DNA from: Thecamonas trahens ATCC 50062
Lineage: Eukaryota; Protista; Apusomonadida
NCBI RefSeq assembly: GCF_000142905.1
Contig: NW_013657611.1
Span: forward strand, 70,946-134,945
DNA length: 64,000 nt
Direction: 5' to 3'
Under the pieces are notes generated by a model. It saw only the letters and a list, made by a program, of their open reading frames with translations, was not told where the DNA came from and made no database searches. Shown piece by piece: positions 42,765 to 53,388 of the stretch (position 1 is the first letter of the stretch; each line of letters opens with the position of its first letter). The position numbers and the translations under genes are program-made.

Positions 42765-44084
42765 TCACAGCGGCATGACGCCAAAGCCCGGGACCGGCAT
42801 GCCCGGTGGCGGGAGCGGACCGGGGAGGCCGATGCCCGGCGGCGGCATGCCCGGATAGTGGGCAGCCGAAGGCATGGCGGCGGGCGCGCGCGGTGGCAGC
42901 GTGCCAGACACCGGCATGTTGACGTAGGCATACTGCGGGACGCGCTGAACGACGTACTTGTAGCCAGCCGAGGCCGGGCGCGACTGCTGCGCCGGTGCTG
43001 GCGCCGGCGCCGGCACCTCGACGTCGCGGGTAATGTAGACCGGCTCGGGCTCGGGCACACGCGGCGTGGCGGTGTTGAGCAGGCGGTTGACGGCCTGATT
43101 GCGCTCGTCGTGGGCGGCGCGAACGTGCTGCTTGAGGGCAAGAATTTCCTGGTTCTTGCGGCGCTCGGTCTCGCGGGCCTCCTGGCGAATCTGATGCATC
43201 TCTAGCTGCATCGAGTCGACGGCGTGCTGCTCGGCGAGGCGGGCGCGGCCGTCGACACCGTAGCGAAGCTCGAGCTCGGCTTCCTGGCGCGCGTCGTACT
43301 CGACCTTAAACTGGCGCTCGAGGACGGCGCGGTCGTGCTCCATGCCTGCCAGCCGCGCCTCCATGTCCTTGATCTTGTGGCGCAGGTCGCGGAGCTCCGA
43401 CAGCTCGTCGCGCGAGTACAGCCGCCGCTCGTGCGAGGCGCGCATGGCCTCGAACGACTTGATGGCTGCGTTGAGCGCCTGGCGCTCGCGGCGCATCTGC
43501 CGGTCGAGCTGTTCCATGTTGCTCTGATCGCGAAAGTACACGTTGGCCTCGTGCTTGTAGCGGACGTTCTCGGCCACAAGGCCGCGGAGGTGGTCGTGCG
43601 CGGCAATCATCTCGTGATTGTACCCATCGTGGACCGCCTTGACCTCGTCTTCCAGTGCGTTGCGCTCGGCCACAGCCTTGAGGTACGCCTCGCGCAGGCG
43701 GTCGTACGCGTGCCCGCCGTCGCGGCTCGCGCGAACCCTGGGCTGTGCACGGCGCAGCGCCTCAACTTGCAGCTTGTACACGTCGCGCTCCTTGGCGAGA
43801 ACGTCAACCTCGGCATTGAAGCCCTTGGCTGCTGCCAATGCATGCAGCCGCGCCTCCAGATCCTTCACACGCCGCGTGGCCAGGAACAGCCGGTTGTGCA
43901 GCAGCGCTGGCGGCTGCCCGCTCCCGGGCCCGCCGCCCATCGTTGCCGCACCTCCGCCCATGGCCGTTCCACCACCAGATCCCACCCACGTTCCACCAGC
44001 AGGCACCATGGGCACGCTCCCTGCACTGCCTCCGGTCCGGTAGCCAGCCGAAAGCGGATACTGCGTCGTCAGCACAGACGGCAT
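42765..44084 (-). CDS. Hypothetical coiled-coil protein with Pro-rich tail
   Basis: Long ORF with host-like codon bias and a heptad-rich centre. Confidence 0.7.
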   Translation of the reverse strand: MPSVLTTQYPLSAGYRTGGSAGSVPMVPAGGTWVGSGGGTAMGGGAATMGGGPGSGQPPALLHNRLFLATRRVKDLEARLHALAAAKGFNAEVDVLAKERDVYKLQVEALRRAQPRVRASRDGGHAYDRLREAYLKAVAERNALEDEVKAVHDGYNHEMIAAHDHLRGLVAENVRYKHEANVYFRDQSNMEQLDRQMRRERQALNAAIKSFEAMRASHERRLYSRDELSELRDLRHKIKDMEARLAGMEHDRAVLERQFKVEYDARQEAELELRYGVDGRARLAEQHAVDSMQLEMHQIRQEARETERRKNQEILALKQHVRAAHDERNQAVNRLLNTATPRVPEPEPVYITRDVEVPAPAPAPAQQSRPASAGYKYVVQRVPQYAYVNMPVSGTLPPRAPAAMPSAAHYPGMPPPGIGLPGPLPPPGMPVPGFGVMPL

Positions 44085-44624
44085 AGCTGCGCACAGCCAA
44101 CGGCGAGGATAGAAGGGGGGGGGGGTGAGTGCGAGGGGAGAGGGGGGAGGGGGGGGGAGAAAGCGAGGGGGGGAGAGGGGGGTGGGGTGGGGTGGGGGTG
44201 CGTACTGTTGTTGGCAAACGGCATGCCTCTGCGGATTGCCGCTACTGAGGAGAGAGGGCTGTGGAGAGGAGGAGCAGGGGTGGGGGGGGGAGTAAAGAGG
44301 GGGGGTGGAGGAGGGGGGGTGGCCAACGGCTGCGGTGGGCAACGATGGAAATGATGGTCAAGGACAACGATTGTTGTCAGTGACAGAGTACGACGGTTGG
44401 TTCGAATGTTGGTTGCTTGCTCGCATTCGGATGGTTGCCAATTGGTCGGTTCGTTTGTTGGTTCGTTCATGGGTTTGATGGTGGTTATTGTTGTTGCTGT
44501 TATTAAATTCGTTGCTGTGTTGAAGGGGGGGGGAGGGGCGGGAGTGTTGTGGTCATTTCATTCATTGACCATCGATAAACTCCAAGGACTTCATTCACTC
44601 ACACTCTCCTCTTGACGACACAGA

Positions 44625-45893
44625 ATGGTACGCCACACAGCCGAGTGAGGATGCGTACCCACTACCATGCATATGCTCTGCGCTTGCACACGTTACCTCC
44701 CCACCACCACCCTCCCCCACCCTCCCCACTCCCCCGCAAGTTGCTTCACTATCTGCCTGCCCTCGGCTTGCGCTCTTGCCATGCCCGTCCCCTAGTCGAG
44801 CCGGCACGGATGGCCCTCGCCAGGGCAGTTGCCGGCCCATCACCCCGACCGGTGCCCCCTCCCGCATCTCAGTCTGCCCCGCACCGTCAACGGCGAGCAC
44901 ACCCTCTAGCACACCCTTGTGTATGCTCTGCACATGGCTTGAAGTTGTGGTGTGGGCAGGCGGGGTGAGCAGGAACGGTGGGCCCCGCGGGGCCCTGCAC
45001 CCGTGTCTGCGGCTTGCCAGCGTATTTTCTGTTTGTCTGCGCCGGGTACCCCGCCCATGCGACGGCCTACCGAGTGGCCACGACCTCGCACGAGACCATG
45101 AAGTGGAATCATGGATAGGCATGGCATATACCCAGAGGTAGATCATGGTTGTCACCTCGTGATGGCTGTGGCTGGCGTGTGCGGGCCTCCCAGGGTGCGC
45201 CCGTGTTTTGTCTGATGTTTTAATTTGATGCCTCCGCTTTGGCACCACCACCAGACACCCCCCCCTACTCCCCCAGCGACTCACCCACGGGCCTTGTCCG
45301 CCGCGCAACCACAGTTCACCGCCCAGTCGAAGCTGAAGCTTGCGAAGGACGCGACGCCGTCCGAGCTCGAGCTCGAGCTCGCCAAGAACCTCTTTGAGCT
45401 GGAGATGAAGGACGAGGACCTCCAGGTCGAGCTCCGCGAGGTGCAGATCATTGCCGCGCGCAAGCACGTCATCGATGAGGAGACCGGCAAGGCCGCCATC
45501 ATCATGTTCGTCCCGGTCCCGCAGCTGAAGCACGTCCAGCGCATCCACCAGCACCTCGTGCGTGAGCTCGAGAAGCGCTTCTCCGGCCAGCACATCCTCA
45601 TCGTCGCCCAGCGCCGCATCCTGCCCATCCCGCGCCGCGCCCCGGGTGGCGTCCGCGTCTTCCGCCCGCGCTCGCGTGCCCTCACCACTGTCCACCAGGC
45701 CATCCTTGAGGACATCCTCTTCCCCGCCGTCATCGTCGACCGCCGCACCCGCGTCACCATCGATGGCAAGAAGGTCCGCGTCCTCCTCGAGAAGCAGCAC
45801 GAGACCCTCATCGGCTACAAGCTCAAGACCTTCTCCGCTGTCTACCAGCGCCTCACCGGCCAGGTCGTGTCCTTCGAGTTCCAGGACGCCTAA
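44625..45893 (+). CDS. RPS7: 40S ribosomal protein eS7 (ATG-only first coding exon 44625-44627; intron 44628-45314)
   Basis: LVRELEKRFSGQHILIVAQRRILP, RPRSRALTTVHQAILED, TFSAVYQRLTGQVVSFEF. ATG/gtacgc donor and cacag/TTC acceptor give MFTAQSK; exon 1 placement is inferred. Confidence 0.9.
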
Positions 45894-45946
45894 AAAAACA
45901 CAAACGCTCAACTATCGCCACTCCCTTTTACTGTCATGTCGGCCCG

Positions 45947-47161
45947 CTACCGCTCCACGTCGTGCAGCCCGCCGACGTGCTCCACACGCCGCCGTCCGCA
46001 GACGCTGCAGCCACAGGCGCAGAGCCAGATGAACAGCACAACATACGCCGGAATGAGGACAACGGCAAAGATCTGAATGTGGCCGTCGGCGTAGGCGTTG
46101 AGGAGCGCAACCAGCGTGAGAGCGGCCGCAACCAGCGCCATGACCGTCTATGACCGCATTCGGTCCGATCGCCGCCGCCGCACCCGCACCCGCGGCACAA
46201 ACGCCGGTACGCCCATGACCTCGTGTGCGTTGGAGAGGCGCCGCTGTCGCGGCATCGAAGCGCCAACGGCCCCCGCCCGCCACACACGCGTCTCCGCGCC
46301 AGTCCGCGGCGATTCGAGCGCGTGCCAAGCCTCGTGCGCCACCACTACCGCCGCCACAACATATGCCGGCGCGAAAACAAGCCACCATGGGAGGCTCGGG
46401 ACCGTCCCGTCGCCCTTGAGCGCGAGCAAAACCAAGCTCGTCACTGTAGCCATCGCGCCGTGCGCCGCAGAGTCTGCTACCGCCACCAGATCGCGCCGAG
46501 TAAACGGCGAGGCCACGTTGGCCACAACGTACAAATAGCGCAGCGCAAACACCAGCACCGCGCAGCCCTGCACCATCAGCGGCAGCAGGATCCATCGCAG
46601 CGCAAGACTCTCTTTGAAAAACAGCAGGACCGAGGCGAGCGTCGGCGGGAGACTGAGGCCCGCCGCCGCCATCCCCGCCGCCATGTTCCCCACCCGCCCA
46701 CTCCGCGTGAGTAAGTCAAACAGCAGCGCGCCGAGCACAAACAGCAACGCCCACGGCCAGACGAGCACCATCATCAGTGCGCCCGATGATGCCGAGTGCC
46801 CGATCTCGGTGTAGATGGTCAGCCCGATCGTTGTTGGCACCGCCGCCGCCGCAGTCAGCGCCACTGGCGCATCAGGCGCCATCCGCCACGCCCACCGCCA
46901 GCTCACCCACGGCACCGCATCCTCCCACTCTGGCAGCCCGCGCCGCAAAATTCGTCGCCGCACCGGCCGCAGCAGCGCCCGCAGTCGCCGGCACGTCCCC
47001 GCCAGTGCCAGCACGCTTCGATCGTCGCCCACCGCAGCCGCAATCTGCGCCACCACCGCCGCCGGCATCGCCTCCAAACCCAGGATCAGCCCAGCTCCAG
47101 CCCCAGCCCCAGCCCCAACCCCAACCTCAGCCGCGCTCTGATCGCCATCACTACTGCCCAT
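45947..47161 (-). CDS. F-box plus multi-pass membrane domain (TMEM185-like); in-frame TAG at 46148-46150
   Basis: F-box LEAMPAAVVAQI...LALAGTCRRLR; TM repeats such as LLALKGDGTVPSLPWWLVFAP; two further TM helices in frame after the TAG. An upstream ATG at 47317 is possible. Confidence 0.65.
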
Positions 47162-48202
47162 TCCCGCACCAGGTAACGGAGGCGGGCGGCGACGTGGCTG
47201 CCGGCCCGCTCGGCTCGTCACCCACGCAGGCAGCTGAGGTAGCCGCGCCGGCGGCCGCGGCGGCGGGCTCGCCACCTTGAGCCAGTCCGCCTGCTCCAAC
47301 CGACGTGTTGTCGCCATCCTCGTTCGTGGAGGGGGTTAGCGGAGACGGGTCTTGGGCGACGCCGGCGACAGAGTGTAAAGGGGAAGGAGGAGGGAGGGAC
47401 CACCGGCAGCCGGTTGGTCAAGCCCGGCCGGTTGGCGTGCGGCGCGGTCCGGGGCAGACTTGATTGGCGGCAGCGTGTGATGAGAACAGGCGGTAATGTC
47501 CAGCGCCTACGGTAGCGGCATGATGAGAGTGAGCAGTCATGTCCAGTCCAGAGGAAGGTATGATCATTGCGTCAAGATCTGAGATTAGCCGGCCGGCCGT
47601 GACGAGATGTAGGGCCCGTGGCGGGAGGGGGGGGGGCGGCGGGGGAAGCGAGGCAGGCGGAGCTGGGGGCAGCAGCAGATCAATAGCAATCTCCGAGCTC
47701 TCGGAGAGCCCGCAAGCTACCCGACAATCATCCAAGGCATGTGATGGCGACCGCAGCGCAGCGAGAGTGGTGTGATGGCGATTGGATGACTTGCCTTTGC
47801 CAGCGTATCGGGTGATGTTGACTATGACACCGCCATCGGATTGAACGCAATTTTGATGATCACCCAAATGCAGCACTGTGGCCACAGAGTCGACAGCTGG
47901 CTATCGCAAGCACTATCGCAAGCACTATCGCACCACGGGAGCTGTTGCAGCTTGCAAGTATGTGTGCTACACTCAGAACTCCTTATTCTTCCGTCTTGTC
48001 CCCCCAGTTCCGCTCCAGCCGCGCGAGAGTGCCTACCATCGAGATGGGACTGGCCCGTTTCGTCTCTCCCCAACCCTCCCTAGCCGCAGCCCCAGCCAAG
48101 GCGATTTCCGCTCTGCGTTTCCAAATCTCAACCCCACACTTACGTCGCATCCTCTCGGTTATGCCCCCGCCTTCTGGATCTTGGTATCTCTCGCGTCTGC
48201 GG

Positions 48203-49669
48203 ATGGCGAGGGCTCTTGACCCACATCACTCGACTACGCTAGCCGCAGTGACGATGCGGGACGGCACTAGCCTCGCCACGCTCCCGCCCCCTCTCATCCA
48301 ACATATCGCCGAGTTTTGTCCTATTCCAACCGTTTGCGCTCTTGCAGCGACGTGCACGTCTCTCCGCGCAGCGCTCTATGTCTACACCGGCGCCGAGGTT
48401 GTTCTTGCGCGCACGGCGGCCGTTCTGGCTCTCGTTCCGCCGGCCGGCCTTCCGCCACTGGAGCCCGCCGCGTCCATTGCTGCTGCCGCCGATGTGGTGT
48501 ATGACGAGCCTGGCGCACCGATGTGCGCCATCCATGGCCCATGGCCTGGCGCAAGGCCGGACGAGGATGCCTGTTGCGGCGCCAGCTGCTTCCGCTTGAA
48601 CGGCATCGCCACCGTCGCTGCCGCCACCCTGACCGCTAGCAGTTTTGAGGCCGGCTACATGGCCCGTGGGCAGCCGGTCCTTCTTGACGGCGGCGACGAG
48701 TGGTTTGCACAGGCGCGGCCGGTGCTGACCGAGCTGGGCGCACTCGGGCGGCTGCCTGGCGCTGAGAGCGAAACAGTGTGCGTGGCGAGCTGCGCCCATC
48801 GCGAGTTCACCGACCAACGCCGTGACGAGATGACGCTCGCGGCGTATGCCGAGGAGCTGGAGCAGGTGGACGATGCCGAGATGGCTGCTGCCGCGGCGGC
48901 GGCGGAGGCAGGAGACGCCTGGGCTGCCTTTGATGCCCTTCCGGAGCCGCTACCGGATGTGCGGTACCTCAAGGACTTTCACTACCAAGAGGCCGCTGCC
49001 CGGCGCGCCGGATGGCCGTCTGCGCTCTACTCTCATCCGCCTCATTTTGCCACTGACTGGCTCGGTGCAGGATGTGCTGCCGAAGCGCTGCCGTCTGACT
49101 ACTCGTTTGTCTATGTAGGGCCGTCGGGATCGTGGACCCCGTTCCACACCGATGTCTACCGCTCGTTCTCGTGGTCGGCTAACGTGAGCGGGACCAAGCT
49201 GTGGATTCTTGTGCCGCCTGCGGCCGCACCGCGCCTCCGCGAAGGCATCGGCTCGTCCAACACACTTGTTTACGATCTCCGCGCCGCGCTGGCCGCCGAT
49301 CCCGACCTGCCCGCAGTTGCTCTTGTCCAGCGAAGCGGTCAGGCCCTGTTTGTGCCCTCGGGCTGGGCCCACCAGGTCTTCAACCTCACTCGTGTTGCTT
49401 CTGTCAACTGCAACTGGTTCAACCATGCCAATGTGGCCGACATTGTCCTCTCGCTCGCCCGCGATGCCGTCCTTGTCGCGGCGCAGCTCGCCGATCTCGC
49501 TCCCGATCTCGCCGCCGACGAGTGGCGCGCCCTTGCCGAGCAGCTCCTGCTCGCCCACGCTGGCCTCAACTGGGCCACGTTCCGCGCCATCCTCGACGCT
49601 GTCATCCCGCGCTCGCTACCCGAGCGCATCATCCTTGCTCGCATCCGCCACTACATTCATTTCCCGTGA
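48203..49669 (+). CDS. F-box plus JmjC 2-oxoglutarate/Fe(II) oxygenase, JMJD4-like
   Basis: F-box LATLPPPLIQHIAEF...ALAATC; YLKDFH, DYSFVYVGPSGSWTPFHTDVYRSFSWSANVSGTKLW, FVPSGWAHQVFNL, SVNCNWFN. Confidence 0.85.
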   Translation: MARALDPHHSTTLAAVTMRDGTSLATLPPPLIQHIAEFCPIPTVCALAATCTSLRAALYVYTGAEVVLARTAAVLALVPPAGLPPLEPAASIAAAADVVYDEPGAPMCAIHGPWPGARPDEDACCGASCFRLNGIATVAAATLTASSFEAGYMARGQPVLLDGGDEWFAQARPVLTELGALGRLPGAESETVCVASCAHREFTDQRRDEMTLAAYAEELEQVDDAEMAAAAAAAEAGDAWAAFDALPEPLPDVRYLKDFHYQEAAARRAGWPSALYSHPPHFATDWLGAGCAAEALPSDYSFVYVGPSGSWTPFHTDVYRSFSWSANVSGTKLWILVPPAAAPRLREGIGSSNTLVYDLRAALAADPDLPAVALVQRSGQALFVPSGWAHQVFNLTRVASVNCNWFNHANVADIVLSLARDAVLVAAQLADLAPDLAADEWRALAEQLLLAHAGLNWATFRAILDAVIPRSLPERIILARIRHYIHFP

Positions 49670-50177
49670 TCAGGCTGCTAATCCCCTTCTGTACGCCAAA
49701 CCGCACAAAACCACTCCCGCCCACACTCGGTCTCACGCTCACGCTCACGCTCACGTCCCCCGCTCCCGATCCTGATCACGCTCACGCTCACACTCACGCT
49801 TCCCCCCCCCCTTCCCGAACTCTCCGCCCTCGCCCGCCTCCTCCCCTCCGTTCCTCCCCCCCCCTCCGTTCCTCCCCCTCCTCCGCACTCCCCCCCTCCC
49901 CCTCTCACTTCTCCTTCTCTGCCTCCTTCCCCCCTCCTCCCATTCCCTCCCCCTCCCCTACGCCGCCCCGCCCTGCCCCTCCCCCTTCCCCCGGCCGCCT
50001 GCCGACACGCGCCGGACGAAATTTGGACGGCCGGCGGGCGACAGACAACACAGCCAGCAACAGGCCGAGCCACCCGCACCCCATCCTCTCTCTCCCCCTC
50101 TCTCTCCCCAGCACTAACCAGCAGCACGGCCAGCCCACCAGAGAGTTGGACACCTTTCTGTCGCCGCAGTGGACGAC

Positions 50178-53100
50178 ATGGGCTCCCGTGCCGAGGAGCA
50201 TGTGCTACCAGGCACAGAAGACAGCCGCCACAAAGGCCCAGTGCCAGGAACAGCCGCCATGGCCTCGCCCGTGCCCGCTCCGTCGGCTACGGCGGGGACC
50301 ACTCCGGCGCCGCCTGTTGCTTCCAGTGCTGAAGGCGGGCATAGACAACAGGCTCCACCGGCAGGGACGGGCACACCTGCACGTGCCAAGCCGCCGGCGC
50401 AGAACGCCGGCCAGACGGTGACAGACGCTGCGGGCAGCGGGCTTAGTCAAGGTGCGCCTGCGGGCGAGCATGCGCCGCCGCCGTATGAGGCGGCAGAGAG
50501 TCCCGCGGTGACGGCTGGCGATGGCGACGGTGGTATTGACAATGGCGACGACGACGACAAGGTCGGCGACAGCGTGGCGGAGTCGGGCCCGTCGTTTGCG
50601 GTTGGCTCGATTGTGGCCGGGCGGTTCCAGCGGTACGACGACGTGCTCGGGCAGGGCGCGTTCAAGACGGTCTACCGTGGCTTTGACACCGAGGAAGGGC
50701 TCGAGGTGGCGTGGAACGTGGTCAACACCCAGTCGTTTACCGAGGAGGAGACGATTGCCATTCTCGGCGAGATCGACCTGCTAGGGCGAATGGAGCACTC
50801 GTCAATCATTGACCTGTACGGGTTCTGGCACGACGCCGAGAACGCGTGCGTCGTGTTCATCACTGAGAAAATGTCCGGCTCGCTGGCAGAGTACGTCCGC
50901 AGGCGCAAGCCGTCGCGCAAGGCCATCAAACGGTGGGCCCGGCAGATTCTCGAAGGACTCATCTACCTCCACACCCAGCTTCCGCCCATCATCCACCGCG
51001 ACCTCAAGTGCGACAACATCTTTGTCAACTCGCACCTCGGCAACGTCAAGCTCGGCGACCTCGGCCTCGCCACCGCCATGACCGCGTCCGACCAGGACCA
51101 GGGCATGATCGGCACGCCGGGCTACATGGCGCCCGAGGTGTTCAACCAAAAGTACACTGAGAAGATGGACGTCTACTCATTCGGCATGTCTGTCCTTGAG
51201 ATGGCGACCCAGCAGGTTCCCTACCGCGAGGCGTCATCGCTGATGGCGCTATGGAAGAAGCAAGACGATGGCGAGGCGCCCGAGTCGCTTGCGCTTGTCG
51301 ACGACGACGAGCTCCGCGACTTTATCGCTATCTGCCTCGCCGACGCTGCCCACCGCCCGTCGGCAGCTGAACTGATGCAGGCGCCCTTCCTTGCTGTCCA
51401 CTCGTACGACCGGGTCAACATCTACGCCTACTCGCCGCAGGTCATGGTCCTGGTCAAGTGTGAAGACGGCTCGGTGCCCGAGACCGAGCCCACCATCCTC
51501 CGCCTCCGTGAGCACGAGTCGTCAGCCGCCATCGAGGCCATGCGCGAGCGCGCGTCGGCCCGCTACGCCGCCGAGGCTGCACTGGAGGCCGAGGCCGCGG
51601 CTGCCGCTGCCGCCGCTGCTGCTGCCGCTGCTGCACAAGAGGCCAAGGAGCAGATGCTGCAAAACATTGCCGAAGAGCGCCGTGCGCTCGAGGAAAAGCT
51701 GCGCGCGCTCTCGGAGCGCCAGCGCGCCATCAACGACGAGGCGCCGGCCCAACCGGCCCTGGCCACCCCAACCCCGGACGCAACCCCCGCCACTGTTGAC
51801 GGCGGCGCGCACGAGCCAGCGTCTGAGCAGCAGCCGACATCTGCTGCCGACGCCCGGCAAAGCCCTCCGCCGCAGCCTGTTGCGCCGCTACCGCTCGGTG
51901 AGCCAACGCCCACCAACCCGCCCCCGTATCAGACTGGCATCAGCGGCGGCGGCGGCGCCGGAAGCAACGGGTCGGTTCCGCCGCTCGCGCTGAACGCGCT
52001 CAGGACGCCGTCGTCGCCGGTCGCCTCTGCAGGCGCTGCCACGCCGGGCTCTCCTGAGCTGAACTTTGCTCCCCTACCGGCGACCGGCTCGCCTCCGCGA
52101 GCCAGCCCGCTTGACTCGCCGGTTGCAAAGGCCATGCCCGCAGTTGCGATCGATTCGCGGCTGAAGGCTGGCCGGGACTCGATTGATTCTGGTTCGTACA
52201 TGATCTCCCCGCGCCGGGTTCTCGAGTGGTCGGCCGAGACGCTGCCACAAGTCGTGCTCCGCAACGTTGACGCGGGGCAGACAATGGCCGAGTTTAAGGT
52301 ATCATTCTTTGTTTCTGGCTCCCGCAAGTCTGTCAAGTTTATGTTCGACCTCAATCGCGATACCGCGTTCATGGTGGTCGAGGAGCTGAAGCAAGAGTAC
52401 GCACTCCAGCCTGCCCACGCTAGCCACATCCGTGACGCCATGGAGCGTCACCTCGCACAGGTCAAGCTCGGCTCGCATCCGATTCTCACGCAGCTCGCAC
52501 CCGAGCCGAGCGCCCCGCCCGGTACTGTGGCCGGCGCAATGGTCCCGCGCCCCGTCACGCCCGAAATTGAGTACTCAGACGCGACGCCGTCAAAGCCCGA
52601 GCCAGTGCCGGTGTCTGGCCCGCCTACCCGCGCGCGTGCCAACTCGCACGAGCCGTCGCCGCCGCACTACGCGCCATCGCACGCCGCGGCGTCCATCCCC
52701 ATTCCCACCGGCAGTGGCAGCGCCGCGAGCTCCAACGCGTCGCACTCGTCGCTCTCGGTCGCCTCCTCGCTCCCCACCGGGTGGCTTCCGACCGCCGCCG
52801 GCGCGCCGGGCACGGCTGGCTCCCACTTGCCTCCGGCAACAGCCGGCGATGTGCAGCCGTATGTCTCGCCGATGTATTCGATGCCTCGGGGTGCCCACGC
52901 CCAGGTCGGCACCCTCTTGCCCGGCGCCCACTACGCGCCTCCGCCTGGTAGCAGTCTTGGTCCCAGCCACACTCATGGCCGCGCCCATACCCTCCAGCCG
53001 CTTGACATCGGTGCCATCCGCAATGCCGCTGCCGTCGCCGCGCTCAACCCGGCCGCCGACAGCGGGCCGCACTCGGCCAACGCCGCCATCACCGGCACCA

Positions 53101-53204
53101 CCCAGTACTTTCCTCCCGCCCGCCACGGCTCGCACCCTGCCACTCCCTCTGCCTCGAGTGCCTCGCAACCAGGTGTCCATCAACTTGATCCGCCCTCGCA
53201 ATAA
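50178..53204 (+). CDS. WNK: WNK-family Ser/Thr kinase
   Basis: LGQGAFKTVYRGFDTEEGLEVAWN (Lys in the Gly loop), IIHRDLKCDNIF, GDLGLAT, GTPGYMAPE; later VKFMFDLNRDTA...VVEEL CCT-like domain. Confidence 0.93.
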   Translation: MGSRAEEHVLPGTEDSRHKGPVPGTAAMASPVPAPSATAGTTPAPPVASSAEGGHRQQAPPAGTGTPARAKPPAQNAGQTVTDAAGSGLSQGAPAGEHAPPPYEAAESPAVTAGDGDGGIDNGDDDDKVGDSVAESGPSFAVGSIVAGRFQRYDDVLGQGAFKTVYRGFDTEEGLEVAWNVVNTQSFTEEETIAILGEIDLLGRMEHSSIIDLYGFWHDAENACVVFITEKMSGSLAEYVRRRKPSRKAIKRWARQILEGLIYLHTQLPPIIHRDLKCDNIFVNSHLGNVKLGDLGLATAMTASDQDQGMIGTPGYMAPEVFNQKYTEKMDVYSFGMSVLEMATQQVPYREASSLMALWKKQDDGEAPESLALVDDDELRDFIAICLADAAHRPSAAELMQAPFLAVHSYDRVNIYAYSPQVMVLVKCEDGSVPETEPTILRLREHESSAAIEAMRERASARYAAEAALEAEAAAAAAAAAAAAAAQEAKEQMLQNIAEERRALEEKLRALSERQRAINDEAPAQPALATPTPDATPATVDGGAHEPASEQQPTSAADARQSPPPQPVAPLPLGEPTPTNPPPYQTGISGGGGAGSNGSVPPLALNALRTPSSPVASAGAATPGSPELNFAPLPATGSPPRASPLDSPVAKAMPAVAIDSRLKAGRDSIDSGSYMISPRRVLEWSAETLPQVVLRNVDAGQTMAEFKVSFFVSGSRKSVKFMFDLNRDTAFMVVEELKQEYALQPAHASHIRDAMERHLAQVKLGSHPILTQLAPEPSAPPGTVAGAMVPRPVTPEIEYSDATPSKPEPVPVSGPPTRARANSHEPSPPHYAPSHAAASIPIPTGSGSAASSNASHSSLSVASSLPTGWLPTAAGAPGTAGSHLPPATAGDVQPYVSPMYSMPRGAHAQVGTLLPGAHYAPPPGSSLGPSHTHGRAHTLQPLDIGAIRNAAAVAALNPAADSGPHSANAAITGTTQYFPPARHGSHPATPSASSASQPGVHQLDPPSQ

Positions 53205-53208
53205 ACTA

Positions 53209-53240
<32 letters not shown>

Positions 53241-53388
53241 CCGCGGCGACTGCGTCAAGTCAACCAACCAACCACCCTAGCCGCAGTAGCAACCCCGGTG
53301 CCCAGCCCCAGGCCTAACCGCAACAGTTGTCGCACAAGACAACCCTCTCACTCTGCCGTAACCAACACTTGCCCTCCACGCAGCTACC

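Noticed and set aside
45020-45110. U17/snR30 snoRNA in the RPS7 intron
   Set aside because: Only loose matches to the m1/m2 motifs and no correctly spaced ACA box.
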